DNA of 64,000 nucleotides from Lingula anatina (Eukaryota; Animalia; Brachiopoda): assembly GCA_051362555.1 (NCBI GenBank), contig CM120647.1, forward strand, positions 1,798,001 through 1,862,000, read 5' to 3'. Position numbers and translations under genes: made by a program. Shown here piece after piece: positions 13,717-26,904 of this stretch; position 1 is the first letter of the stretch; the number at the start of each line of letters is the position of its first letter. The notes under the pieces were generated by a model, which saw nothing but the letters and a program-made list of their open reading frames with translations, did not search any database and was not told the DNA's origin.

Positions 13717-14275
13717 AAATAAATAAATAATTTAAAGAATAAAGTTAATAATTAGATGACATTAAGAATCAAATAAAAAATAGATAAAAATTACATGGCA
13801 TAAATCATTAAATAAAAGATAAATTATTTCAAATAATTCCATAAATAAATTATGATTTAATAATTAAATGAATAAATCGCTGTGAAGAAATAATCATTGT
13901 CACAGCTAACGCGGTGAGTGTCTACCCATTATCAGGGCCACAGATAGATTTTCACTAGTTGCCAGTATAGACAGATATGTATCTGTTTATTTGATGGGAC
14001 TTTTTTACACGCGCGTTAGGGGAACGAGCATATAAACTAACTTCTTTTAAGATTAAAGTGAGTGACCTATCATTTGAAAGCCAACAAAATATTTCATTCC
14101 ACATTAGAGAAATTAGCCTCATAATTACATTTGTAAATTTATAAGTGGGTGTATGTAACTCTTCGCTGTTCAGTAACAGTTATAAAGGAAAGTTAGATTT
14201 TGCTTGTATAAAACACACTTTTTATTCTGATAAAAATCGACTGCGCACGAAGCATAATGATATTAGGCTTTCGAT

Positions 14276-16628
14276 TTTTTTTTTTAAACAGATTTATTTC
14301 TACAATCAAGATATACAAAAAAAATACATTCAGAGCAGGCGGCACGTCGCCACAGCATTATGGGCTCGCTTGCGTTAATGTAATTCTAGTAACAAAATGA
14401 CTTAAATATGATTATATATAGGTAATGATTATAGTTATGATAACACTAAATAGTACTTATTGTTGTAAAGGAGAGCAACAGGGAAGGGCACTACAGGGAA
14501 AGGCACGGGCGATATATGCGGGAAGTGATATATTAGTTGATAAAGAGAAGGAGGGTCGGGAGGGTGAACTTATAAAAGCAATTAAGCATTATCAATTAAA
14601 AACGTCGAGACAATATCGAATATTTTATCGTTCTGTCCAGTTGTTAAAGTTTTGTGGCCGTGTAGAAACAAAGAAATCTTATCAAGCTGCGTTCTAAAAT
14701 TTGTATTGTTAGCGCCCAGGACATTCTGAATAGACAAATGAAAATCACGATACTTCAACTGCCTCCGTGGGCACTGGAAGAAAAAATGGCGTATAGTCTC
14801 AGGTTTCCCACAAGAGCAGTTCGGAGAATTTACCGAGTCCCAGTTGTGGTTATATAATTGGGATTTGAACAATAGATCTACACGCGCACGGTTTAGATAT
14901 TTTTCATTCTTTCTTTCTAACTTTAGGGTGGTAGTAGATAACGAACCAGAAAATAGTTCGGATTTCAGAGAATGCTTGAATAACGCGATATTTGGGGTAT
15001 ACTTTCGTTCGAGACTGAGACTATTCCATGAAGACACGAGTAAGTATTCAGGACCCTGAAATGTAAACTTGGCTGGGATAATGTAATCTCTATACGAGGA
15101 CTCTCTTGTTTGCGGGGTTATTAGATTTTTAAAAGACCGGAAATCTTTAATAATATATGTAGGAGCCATATTGTGATGGATAGTGAACATAACCTTTTTT
15201 GCATGCATTATTCTACGGTTTTCCAAAGTAGCCCAGTTCAGCTCTCTAAGCACTTTGATTGTGTTCGAACCGGGCAGAGCACCTAAAACAAGCAGACCAG
15301 CTTGATAGTGAATAGAAGAAAGTTTGGAAAGATTCCTTTTAGTTGCTGAGTGATATAGGATGTCGCAGTAATCAAGCAGAGACAGAACGTAAGCGTTATA
15401 TAGTATATTCAAGTGCCTAGATCTGAGCCTGTGGGACAGGGACTTAAGAGGATTCAGGGCCTTTTGGGCCTTAGTAGCTAGATAACTTATATGCTCGGCA
15501 CAAGACAGTTTTGAATCTAGTACGAATCCGAGATGTTTGTGGAATGATTTCCGGGGTATCGTTAAATCACATAATATTAGATTTCTGTATTTATTCGCTG
15601 TAACCTTAGTAGAGAATATAACCTCACAACTCTTATCAGGTTTGAACTCCAGTTTCCACCTGTTAGACCATTCCTGGAGCTTTGAGAGGTCGGATTGAAG
15701 TGCATCATGCGACTGGCTGTCAGAAGGAATAGAAGATTGAAAAATAGACGTGTCGTCAGCATATAGAAAACAATCTGAAGAAAGGTTGTCTGCTAAATCA
15801 TTTATATATAGAAGAAAAAGAAGAGGACCGAGAATGCTGCCTTGTGGAACACTAGTGTTGATGTAAGATTCGTTGGAAGATTCAGATAACGTGCCGTTGA
15901 TACGGACTTTAACTTTTCTATCGCTCAAATAAGAGGATAATAGTGACAGTAGGTTACCTTTAATACCATAGGCTGACAGCTTGATTAGTAATAAACTATG
16001 CGGAACTTTATCAAAAGCGGCTGAAATATCAAGAAATATTCCTCTTACATCTCGGCCCTTTCTAAAGTTAGATCTAATCAAATTTTGAATTGCCAGTAAT
16101 TGGTGTTCAGTGCTATGACCCTTAAGAAACCCGGATTGTTTTTCAAACAATAAATTATTGTTAACGACATGATTAATCATCCTTTTATAAATAATTTTTT
16201 CCAAAAGTTTGGATAAGACGCTCAAAAGTGACACTGGTCTATAGTTATCTATGCAACTTCTGTCACCTTTCTTATAAATCGGGCAAATAAACGCCATTTT
16301 CCACAGGTCAGGGTAGGTGTTAGATTGAATAATATAATTAAATAAAATACATAATGGTTTCACAACAACATCTTTGCTTAGTTTTAACATTTTTATCGTC
16401 ACCGAGTCCGGACCACTTGCCTTAGATGCATCCATATCATCGATTATTACTTTGATCTCAGTGTCATTAAAATCAATTTCTGACAAAATTGCATTTGTTT
16501 TATCAGGGAAGTTAACTAATGCTGTGGAAGTCACTACATCGGAATGGTACCTTTCTGAAAAATAATCTAGGAAAACTTTGGCCTTCTCTGAATCTGTAAT
16601 CGCAATTTGGCCAGTCGAATGGTTTAAA
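14276..16628 (-). mobile_element. 5'-truncated CR1/L2-group non-LTR retrotransposon with poly(A) tail and 11-bp TSD
   Basis: TSD AGGCTTTCGAT at 14265-14275 and 16629-16639; T-run to 14285 (poly-A on minus) preceded by AATAAA on the minus strand. Confidence 0.9.
14582..16627 (-). CDS. LINE ORF2 reverse transcriptase (endonuclease domain lost by truncation) with C-terminal CCHC motif
   Basis: DSEKAKVFLDYFS, KASGPD, NYRPVSLL, FLDISAAFD, VPQGSILGPLLF, YADD, KHLG, CSCGKPETIRHFFFQC. The frame is open from the truncation point to the stop. Confidence 0.95.
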   Translation of the reverse strand, partial: LNHSTGQIAITDSEKAKVFLDYFSERYHSDVVTSTALVNFPDKTNAILSEIDFNDTEIKVIIDDMDASKASGPDSVTIKMLKLSKDVVVKPLCILFNYIIQSNTYPDLWKMAFICPIYKKGDRSCIDNYRPVSLLSVLSKLLEKIIYKRMINHVVNNNLLFEKQSGFLKGHSTEHQLLAIQNLIRSNFRKGRDVRGIFLDISAAFDKVPHSLLLIKLSAYGIKGNLLSLLSSYLSDRKVKVRINGTLSESSNESYINTSVPQGSILGPLLFLLYINDLADNLSSDCFLYADDTSIFQSSIPSDSQSHDALQSDLSKLQEWSNRWKLEFKPDKSCEVIFSTKVTANKYRNLILCDLTIPRKSFHKHLGFVLDSKLSCAEHISYLATKAQKALNPLKSLSHRLRSRHLNILYNAYVLSLLDYCDILYHSATKRNLSKLSSIHYQAGLLVLGALPGSNTIKVLRELNWATLENRRIMHAKKVMFTIHHNMAPTYIIKDFRSFKNLITPQTRESSYRDYIIPAKFTFQGPEYLLVSSWNSLSLERKYTPNIALFKHSLKSELFSGSLSTTTLKLERKNEKYLNRARVDLLFKSQLYNHNWDSVNSPNCSCGKPETIRHFFFQCPRRQLKYRDFHLSIQNVLGANNTNFRTQLDKISLFLHGHKTLTTGQNDKIFDIVSTFLIDNA

Positions 16629-17517
16629 AGGCTTTCGATGATGATTGTGCATGAAACATCAAGCCATTTTTCCTTTTCATAATAGTGCTGGGCACCCAGG
16701 TGTTGAATCTTTTACTCGACGTGCATCTCCTAATATTGTATAGGCATGATTTCAGGTTGTTCGGGAGCGATGACGATTGCGTTCAAAATGGGTTGTTTGC
16801 AGCATAAGTGATGTGAATAAACCTAGCTTACTAAATAACTATTACCAAAGTAAAGCAGGGCTTTAGGTTTAACAGTCTAAGATTTATTCAATATGGGCAG
16901 TTAACTTGGACCAGTCTTGTTTCATTAACTTTGCGAATGAAAGTCTCCGTCGTTAACGTAAATTTCCAATATGATTTTACATCACTTATCTGATTGTTTA
17001 GGTTTTGCATAAGGTTGTATGAGAACAGATAATGATCGCGTTTAACAATAGATTGAGGGCTATAGTAAGTCCCTCCTCTTTGGGCGATGTCTAAGACTGT
17101 TAATTCTACGTACTTTCATAAACATGTAGTGTGACCACACTGTCAGCCATCCCCCTTGTTGCACGTTGCAAGCGATTTGTCTCCTTTAACTATGACAAGG
17201 CGTTCTTTTTTCGCGTTGTTGTTTAAAAACGGACCACTTTGTCAAGGCTAATTGCTTAGCTCTTTGCGCGTCATATGTAAACGCTAAGATATGAATGTTA
17301 TACCGGGTAGTTGATTGTTTTGCCCGGGCGCCGCACTTATGCTTTCTTACTAGAGCGATCTAGAACAAGTCGCTAGTTTGCCCTGTTTGTAACTGTGGCA
17401 AATATGTTCGACATGCCGTTTCTGCACGACAGCCGGAGACACAGTAATTGTATAAGGCATGGTTTAAGCTTGTTCGAGAGATAATAACAGTCGCGTTTAA
17501 CAAAAGATAGTAAGACC

Positions 17518-17735
17518 CTACCCTCTACCAGGGCGAGTGATAGATTTTTATAGATATTCACAGATATGTCTCTAGCTTTTTCAATCAACTCACCCTGTAC
17601 AGAAATCTCAAGGCTGATTACATGGCTGATAATTGTTTGCATAACTGAGTTGACTTGAAAATGAACATCTATCTAGCTAGAGACATATCCGTGAATATCT
17701 GTAAAAAATCTATCACTCGCCCTGGTAGAGGGTAG
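17518..17735. mobile_element. 218-bp MITE with ~60-bp TIRs and 7-bp TSD
   Basis: CTACCCTCTACCAGGGCGAGTGATAGATTTTT... at both ends in inverted orientation; TAAGACC at 17511-17517 and 17736-17742. Confidence 0.85.
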
Positions 17736-20700
17736 TAAGACCCCCTCCTCTTTAACTAATGTCTTACACTGTTAATATTGACCGCACTTTCATATATTAT
17801 GTAATACACTGTCAGACTTTCCCCTGTTGCACGTTGGCGTTGGATTGTACTTGTGCCTCTGTCAATGCACCTCATTTAGTTTAAATATTTTTACCGCATA
17901 AACCTTTGTGGTTTAAAGTTATTAGTTTAGTAGTAGGAATAGGATGGTGGGACAAAAAGCTTCTAGTCAACTGGTTTAGACCTAGGGTGTGATGCTGCTA
18001 TCATCCGAGGAAACACCTACACTGAATCCTCTTCCTGAAATCCCCCTAGCTGAAACAAAAAATGCCCCTTGAAAAGGTCCATTTTTAAAGCGTCGAATCA
18101 TTTTTGATATCACTGAGCGTCTTTAAACGAAAGCTTTTAAGTGACAAAAACAGAACCGTGTGGTGATTGTTTATTAAAGCGTAGGTTTATTCATCATGAT
18201 CTATTTTGTAAACAATACTTGCCTAGATTTTACTTGGATTGATCATCGTCACTGTTTGGCTACTCGCCTATAATGCGTGCTGAACGACAGACAACTTATA
18301 AATATTATCTGTGTTACTGTGTATATGACCACGTTAAGTTAAAATAGAACGGTGTCGGTGATTTAATCCATCGAACATATTTATATTTCTTCTTTTAAAA
18401 CCAGTGTTAGGTTAACATCAAGTCAAATTAAGTAAAGCTAAGTAAAGCCTGTTTCTAGTTCATCCACGCTATAAAACTGCATGAAGGATAACAAGTCTCT
18501 GTAGCCAATTAACTTTCACATTGCCCTGTGCTTTAGAGTCCCATGTTATACAAGAAAATGAGTATGGCCTGAGAGAAATATAAATATGAGGCCGTGTATG
18601 AAGATGTTTCAAATAATAAAAATCAAGAATTTAAACATGTTAGGACATGCACATCACTTAATAAGTCATTTCACAAAAAAGGCATCTACTTCTGCAGATA
18701 AACCTCCACTTTTATCGATCTCAATGCCTTGTCTGATGTTTACATGTAGGCGGTATACTCCCAATATTAATTGCGAACAATATCAACAGCGACTCGAGAT
18801 CGTTGCCTGCCTTTCACACTTTTACACAAACTCATGAAGGGTTATAAAAGGATTCGCGTTGCGACATCTACAGTGTATCTCTTTCTTTCGAACAAGCTAA
18901 TTAAGGGCTGATCCGAAGTAAGCTTTCATAACTAATTTCTCTTTGGCTGTACAAGGGTATATTGTAATTACTCCACTTGGTCGCCTCCATTGTCTTGTAA
19001 CAGTGACAAAGAATGTGTTTTCACACGCTAGTTTACATAACTCCTTTGCCTTGTGTCTTCATCAAGGTTATAATCAGTTTGAATAGGTTGTCTTGCCTCA
19101 CTTAAAAAGGGAGTTGTTCTTCACACTGGTTTTTGCCTAACTTATGCTAACCTACTTTGTACAAATATGGTTTTAATAAATCGCCAAAATCATGACACTA
19201 GTGAACAGTGTGTATCAAACGTTTTGATACGATTAAATAAATGTGCAAGAAGGATTACGGAATGAGTTACTATTTACCTCCCCCCGACGCCCCCCCCCCC
19301 CCAAAAAAAAAAAAAAATGCTCTTTTGATTTCGAAATGAATTTGATTTTAACGCAAAGAAGTCCAATACCCCTTTCACGACTCAGTCATTGTACAGCATG
19401 TTGTAATCGATATTTAAAAAAGTTAATTTTTGTACCCCGCCTTTCAGTGTTTATTGTGGTGCTTGCTTTCACTGCCTGTTGAGGTTACAATTACGTCGCT
19501 AGCCAATCTCCATAGGTTACTGGAATATATCTAAGTACACGTAAAGCTTTGTAAAGTCTCTTTTGTCACACATCATAGTTATTGAATTTTGTCTTGAATG
19601 AAAAAATACCCTCAAATTATCGTTTTGTGCTTAAACATTTCATAACTTGGACCGAAGTTTGATATACAGTGTACTGTAGCTACAATGGCATTCCTCAAGT
19701 TGGGTCTGCTGGGGGAGGGGGCATTTAAATGATAAACGAAGAAGTCCACCTGTAAACAGCAGCGGTTTAAATGATCGCTATCTCGGTTCCTTTTTCTTTG
19801 ACAGCATCATAGAAAATGTTAAGGGAGAAAGTCACACAAACCCACGGCGTTGTTTTGTCTTCAGCATTTCCTCCTTCCTGCTTACTGCAATTATTATCGT
19901 CAATTAATGAAACCGAGAAAGCAATTAAATGATGGCACATTGAATATAATCACTAGGTGCATCTCGCTGAGTGTAAACAAGATCTAGCGAAACATTTTAT
20001 TTCAAAATAAATTTATATGTGATTTTACCTCTGTCGTTAGTGTTATTTCAAACAAAACGATTTCCTGAAAGACCAACTTTAAAATGTATGTCTATCAAGC
20101 AAAATAATGTAATTTAATACAACAATGAGTAATGCATTTAAACTACGGCCGTATATGCGATGGCCATGTGGGATTATAATTGCATACATTGATGCAAAAC
20201 AGTCTATCGTTTCTCCCACCGCGAGTCCCTTTAATTAATGTATTATATTACTCTTTACCCTTTTTATTTGACACTGTCTCCGTTTCTCTCCCCTTTTCCT
20301 TTCTCTTGTAAGAAGGAGGGCAAATAATTAAGCATTAAAAATATGCCTCACCAATCTTCAGAAAAGAATGAGTGAATGAACCATTGGGCTGGCCCATAAC
20401 GTCTGACACAGCAGAATAAATTAAATAACAGCTTTCACAGATTTAACTGCAGTTAGCTGTATAGCGTCACTATATACATAATCCGCTGCACGCGCGAAGC
20501 TGTTGAACAAAAGGATAGTTCTCTATGGAAGACCTTTTGTTTACATAAGTACTCTAAGGGGGCGTGCCTAACCAGGCGACAAGAGGATTAAGCTAGTCAC
20601 TATATTCCGTCAAATTCGTTTAGCGACCCTATCATTATCACACTCCCTCTATTGTATTTTCTGACGTTATAATCGTATCTAATCTTCTTACGTCAGATGG

Positions 20701-20769
20701 AATAAATGCACACATACATAATCTTATGACTGTAATCTTATTTAATGGCCACTTGAAACTTAAGACATA

Positions 20770-22425
20770 CAACATTGGTCAAAAAGGTTGTCCCACCCCC
20801 ATTTCCATGTACTTTTATTTAAAATGATCACCTCACAGCTGTGAACTGTTAGAAATAGTGCTTTTTATCACGGATACCGTGTCTAACATGATTAATGGTT
20901 AAAAAAATACAAAATAGTGGTGAAAATATACATGTTTTATACCATTTAGTAAAATTTATAAGAGGTACAACCTCAAATCGACTGTTTCACTGTTACTTCT
21001 ACAGATGTAAAGAAATGTCTATAAAATTGAAAAGGTGCCATCAAATGTCACCAAATTCACACACAATTAGCATTAGGGTGTGCTCGTTAAAGATCACGTG
21101 CCTAACAGCGTGTGCGTCTACCGCGTACTGCAATTATCTCCTGTAGACGGCGCGACAAGCCTTCAACATGGGTTACAATTCTGTTTTGTGGGATATTGTC
21201 CCATTCATCCTAAAGAGCGTGGCGGAATTGGTCAAGATTATTTAGGAATTGGTTCTCCTCTGCAATGCACATTCCAATTTATGCCACAGGTGCTCAGTAG
21301 GATTAATATCAGGACTCAAAGACGGTTGTCCCATCCTCAGAGCCCTGTGTTTCTGCAACAAATCGTTTGCCAGACGAGAGCTGTGAGCAAGTGCGTCGTC
21401 ACAATGAAGCCAGTAGTATCCCTGAAGTCACCTCATGCAAATGGAGTGAGATTTCTGTTGAAAATGTTACATCAAAATGCCCCTGTTACGTTTTGTTCCA
21501 AAAGGAACAATGTACTAATACCATGGGCTTGGAATGTTCTCCAAATGCGGATTGATCTAACACCTCAGGCGATATTATCCTGCACACACCCTTCCAAGAT
21601 GCATTTTTTAACATGTCTATGGACCCTCTTTGACCATCGATGGGATACAAGAAATAATTTGATTCTGCATCAAAATCAACTTCCTTCCAGTGATGGATGG
21701 CCAGGTTCAGGTGCCTGTGGGATCACTGAACGTAGCATTCTCAGCTGATATCTCATTCCATCTTCAAGAACTGACTTTGGGGTTAACTTCAGGCTTTATC
21801 ATGACTGCACACTTGCTCACACCTCTCGCCTGGCAACTGTTTGTTGAAGAAACATAATGGTCTAAGGATGGAACCACCATCTTTGAGCCCTGATATCAAA
21901 CTTACTAATCAACTGTGACATGTATTGGAGTGTGCAATGCAAAGGAGAACCAACCCCATAAAAACGTGGACCAACTCCCCCAACTTGTTTAAGAAGAATG
22001 GGACAATATCCCACAAAACAGAATTGTAACCCGTGTTGAAGGCTTGTCGCGCCGTCTACAGGAGATAATTGCAGTACGCGGTAGACGCACACGCTATTAG
22101 GCACGTGATCTTTAATTTGGTGAATTTAATTTGGTGAATTTGGTGACATTTGATGGCGTCTTTTTAATTTATAGTCATTTCTTTACATCTTTAGAAGTCA
22201 CAGTGAAACAGTCGATTTGAGGGGGTACCTCTTATAAATTTTACTAAATGGTATAAAATATGTATATTTTCACCACTATTTTGTATTTTTTAAACCATTA
22301 ATCATGTTAGACACGGTATACGTAATAAAAAAACACTATTTCTAACAATTAACAGCTGTTAGGTGATCATTTGTAAATAAAAGTACATGGAAATGGGGGT
22401 GGGACAACCTTTTTGACCAATGCTG
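20770..22425. mobile_element. Tc1/mariner-derived fold-back element with ~680-bp inverted arms and TA TSD
   Basis: TA|CAACATTGGTCAAAAAGGTTGTCCCACC ... GGTGGGACAACCTTTTTGACCAATGCTG|TA; decayed transposase C-terminus (SPDINPTEHLW) in both arms. Confidence 0.85.
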
Positions 22426-23143
22426 TATGACTTAATAGATCTGAACTTAGCTAGTGCTTACCCAAGAGACAATTACATACTGACCACCCGTTGTATCCAT
22501 ATAACACCAAATGAAAAATTCATAAAGAACTACATTGCATTGCTTCCAGAAAACAATTACACTGTTTTTCCAGGTGACGCAGTGGAGGATTTAGATTAGA
22601 ATTCTTTGAAATACTCATGACGTTTCCACTCTTGGGTCCTTACTTAGACTTTTCGCACCTAGCTTGATATTTTTTTGCATTTTTTTTAAATGTCAAGTTA
22701 ACTCTCTACACTTTGTCATAGCATAGTTTCAAAAATGTTGCTACTTGTCTAGTATTTAATCAATAAAGCGAGAGAGAAAAAGAGAAGGAATAATTTCCAC
22801 ACATTACATAAATCAGAAAATAAAAACGTGCGGATAATTTTTTTGCCAGAGACATGTAGTTTAAATTCCAGCGACATTTGGAATGAGGAGAATAAAATAT
22901 CAGACAAAGGACTGTTAGACAATTTCTTGGGTATCGTTTGCACTGTTTGACTTAATCCATGCATTTTGATCACAGAAAGCTCAGGATAATCTACATTCAC
23001 ATGCAGTTCTAAGCTATGCTTTGCACTGAGGCCCGTGACCAGCAATTACAAAATGTGGACGTTTTGTCAAAACAAACTTAGTTTGCCTAGATCAAATTTA
23101 CCAAGAGTAGACCTTTTCACAGCAAAAAGGGGGTTCTTTCGAA

Positions 23144-25794
23144 AATACACCATCAAACCTTAATGCAATATAAGTCTTGAAATATGAATAAATCGCGAGA
23201 CCAATTCGTATGTTATGAATTCTTCATTAAAATGCCTGAAAGACGTACTGAGCTTGTTCAATCAATGGTAATGTGCTCCAGCCAAGCTCCTCGCTGCTGA
23301 ATAATGGGTGGTGGGAGGGGGCACATCAACACTGAAATTGGCAATAACTTCTGGCTAGAATTTGTAGGTATTTTTACGGTCTTTCTTGTAGTCTACAAAT
23401 TCTAAATTTATTATTTTTAGATCTTCCCAAAACAAGTCTTCAATTATTTGGTTATTTTCCTTTTCTGAACCAAAAAAATCGAAAACCAGTTTTGGGAAGA
23501 GCTGAAAAAAAGAACGATGAATTATATATTGTGCATTTATAAACTAATGCTTTGTATCCTTCCTTCGTTTTATTTAATTGAGAGATTTATACTGTTTGCA
23601 TTCAGACATTATGTTAATTGGCAATATCCTTTCAGTTGTATTTGAGTGTGTGAAGAATAACAATTCCCCTTCAACCCGATTTGTCTTATAAAATCAAATC
23701 CTTGCCCCCCCCCCCCCCCCCCCCCCCACTCTATAAGCACCTGTTTCCTATTTTGCTTACTACTCGGAAGAAAATAGCCCATTGACTATTTCGTTGGTAA
23801 GATGGTCAATCAGTGCCTTCGCATTTGTCCGTATGATCACACGCCCAGGCTGGCTCATAGTTAAATAACAAGTCTGTTGCTGGGGGAGAATTTCCTAAAT
23901 CGTTTCATTATATATTTGCTCACAGGTCTGGAAACGTTTTGAACGTCTTTTTTACTCTTATCAACACTTATCAAGAATTAACTAAACCCAGCATGGGTTC
24001 AAAATGTAATCAATATTTTCAATATTGACACAACAAATTAAGGAGAAAACAAGAAAGTGGCAGTGGCTATAAATTGTGCGGCCAACCATGCATTTACGAA
24101 CCCATTTTGAGGAGTTTTTTCCTGTTATCAACCAGGAACAAAATATCGTGCTTGATTTTCTGTAATGTCCACAAATCAAGAGTAGCTCTTATCAAAATGG
24201 CGTCTGGAGTCTTCGTGCGTTCAGGTCATATACTGATAATGCTCGTGCACTTCGCGTACCTTGCCTGCTCTTGAAATGTCACCCAAACTGCAACATTTGA
24301 TTTAGAAATAAAAATTCCAGTGAAAGTTTTTCGGATATACTGGTAGTTTCACAAACAGACAAGGGAGACCCCTTACCCTCCATTTCAATGCACACACATG
24401 ATTTCCTGTAAAAACGATCCCAGTCAGCCACTGGTCTTGACTACGAAGAGATCTATTTTTTCGTCAAAGAGAACGAGGCAAATGATGCTAAATAATCTGG
24501 ATTTGCAGAAACGTTCAACTGCTCTTTGCTGCAGTCTTCATCAGTGCTTTTCTTAACATTTCATCTTACATAATACATCCAGATGAACTTATTTTCCAAC
24601 GAAGACATACGTGAACTATGCATATCTACGTTCACGTGACACTTGAAAATCCTACATGTCTTAATGCTGTAAAGACTATAAAAGACCGAAACCAAAACAT
24701 TCTTCAGACATTTTGAAATATTATTACGGTGCCTGAAAAAAGGTGGACTTTGGGCGGTAAATACATTGCCAACTGATCTTTAAAAAGAAGCTTCAACGAA
24801 TACTCAAAGGCCACAAAAGACATTTTGATTTTGTCGTAAATACACCATCAAAGCTGAATGCAAGATAAGTCTTGAAATATGAATAATTCGCGAGACCAAT
24901 TCGTATGTTATGAATTCTTCATTAAGATGCCTGAAAGACGTACTGAGCTTGTTCAATCAATGGTAATGTGCTCCAGCCAAGCTCCTCGCTGCTGAATAAT
25001 GGGTGGTGGGAGGGGGCACATCAACACTGAAATTGGCAATAAGTTATAGATTTTTTTTTTTTTTTTTTTTTGCCATGGGTTGTCTTGTAGTCTACAACTG
25101 CTCAATTTATCTGATTTTTTTTACCTATTCCCAAAACAGGTCTTCAATTATTTGGTTATTTTCCTTCTTTAAACTAAAAAAATCGAAAACCTATTTTGGA
25201 AAGAGCTAAAAAAAGAACAATGAATTAAACTGTGCATTTATAAACTAATACTTTGTATCCTTCCTTCGTTAATATTTAATTGAGATATTTATACTGTTTG
25301 CATTCAGACATTATGTTAATTGGCAATATCCTTTCAGTTGTATTTGAGAGTGTGAAGAATAACAATTCCCCTTCAGCCCGATTTGTCTTATAAAATCAAA
25401 TCCTTGTCCCCCCCCCTCTATAAGCACCTATTTCCTATTTTGCTTACAAATTGGAAGAAAATGGCCCATTGACTATTTCGTTGGTAAGCTGGTTAATCAG
25501 TGCCTTCGCATTTGTCACACGCCCAGGCTGGCTCATAGGTAAATAACAAGTCTGTTGCTGGGGGAGAATTTCCTAAATCGTTTCATTATATATTTGCTCA
25601 CAGGTCTGGAAACGTTTTGAACGTCTTTTTTACTCTTATCAACACTTATCAAGAATAAACTAAACCCAGCATGCGTTCAAAATGTAATCAATATTTTCAA
25701 CATTGACACAACAAATTAAGGAGAAAACAAGAAAGTGGCAGTGGCTATAAATTGCGCGACCAACCATGCATTTACGAACCCATTTTGAAGAGTT
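23144..25794 (+). repeat. ~0.96-kb direct duplication (23144-24115 and 24838-25794) upstream of the BRICHOS gene
   Basis: Near-identical sequence from AAATACACCATCAAA to GAACCCATTTTGA(G/A)GAGTT, offset ~1.69 kb. Confidence 0.9.
24633..24684 (+). promoter_or_regulatory. Candidate promoter of the BRICHOS gene (E-box CACGTG and TATAAAAG)
   Basis: CACGTG at 24633-24638 and TATAAAAG at 24677-24684. The ATG exon is preceded by an acceptor (TACAG, 26147), implying an upstream non-coding exon. Motif match only. Confidence 0.3.
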
Positions 25795-26158
25795 CTCAGA
25801 AGGTAGAAAGAAGGTGGGATTTTAATTGGGCCCCTCGTTGTGGCATGAATTTAATTCTATTATTAATTCATATTTTAATACAACATGTTAAAAAGACAGT
25901 CGACAAATGTGTTTTCAGTTGAATAATTGCTTTGTATTAAGAACTGTAACCGGCATTGAATCTGACATATACGTCTTATTTCAAACAAAGTGATGATAAA
26001 AATGAAATTGAATCTCAAACTGGAGTTTATGTTTTGAAACGGAGATGACAAAGTTTTGACCTTATCACAAATCAGATGAAGTGTTGTTGAGATTTAATTT
26101 CACTTCCATTATAACTTTACTAGGTAAAAATGTAATGTCTAATACAGGTTTGTACGCA

Positions 26159-26820
26159 ATGAATATATTGGTTGTAATCGTCTCGTGCATCTGCACGGCC
26201 AGTGCTCTACCTACGTTAACTCCTGAAAAATTCATGAAAGTGGTGGAAAACCAGCATCTTCCTGGACAAACGCACGTGAGCAGTTAATTTTCAGTTATTT
26301 ATACATTATTGTTTTTTACAAACTGACTCTTAAGGTTGAAGTTTTAAAATCCATTTTCAGTGACATGGCTTTCGTGTTGACGTTGTGATAATGGAGAACT
26401 AGCTCTATTAAGTGTACTTGTACAATTGTGACGATTAACAGAAGCAATTTCACCTGCTGGATATGCAGAACACATACATGTATTATCATATCTCCAGCAC
26501 TACAATGTCCATGCCCATGAAAAGGGAACCCTGGTTGAAGAAAAAGTGGACGTAGATGAAGGCAGAGGATTGGTCAGTTACTATGTCCCGCAGCATAACA
26601 TCGTCGACGAATCTGAGTTTGTGTACGATTTCCGAAATGTAAGTTGTATCTCACTTAGAAAATATTTTCAGCTTTGCGATACGTATCGTCACAGGCAATT
26701 GGTATTTTCAGCTTTAGCCATTTATTTACTGCAACGTTATACATAATGTAATGTAAATTTATACTATTTTGCGACGTTCCACAGTTGTACAGAGACCTAG
26801 AACATTACAGGATAACAATT

Positions 26821-26904
<84 letters not shown>

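Noticed and set aside
21080-21748. 222-aa plus-strand ORF
   Set aside because: Antisense shadow of the decayed Tc1 transposase; no independent protein features.
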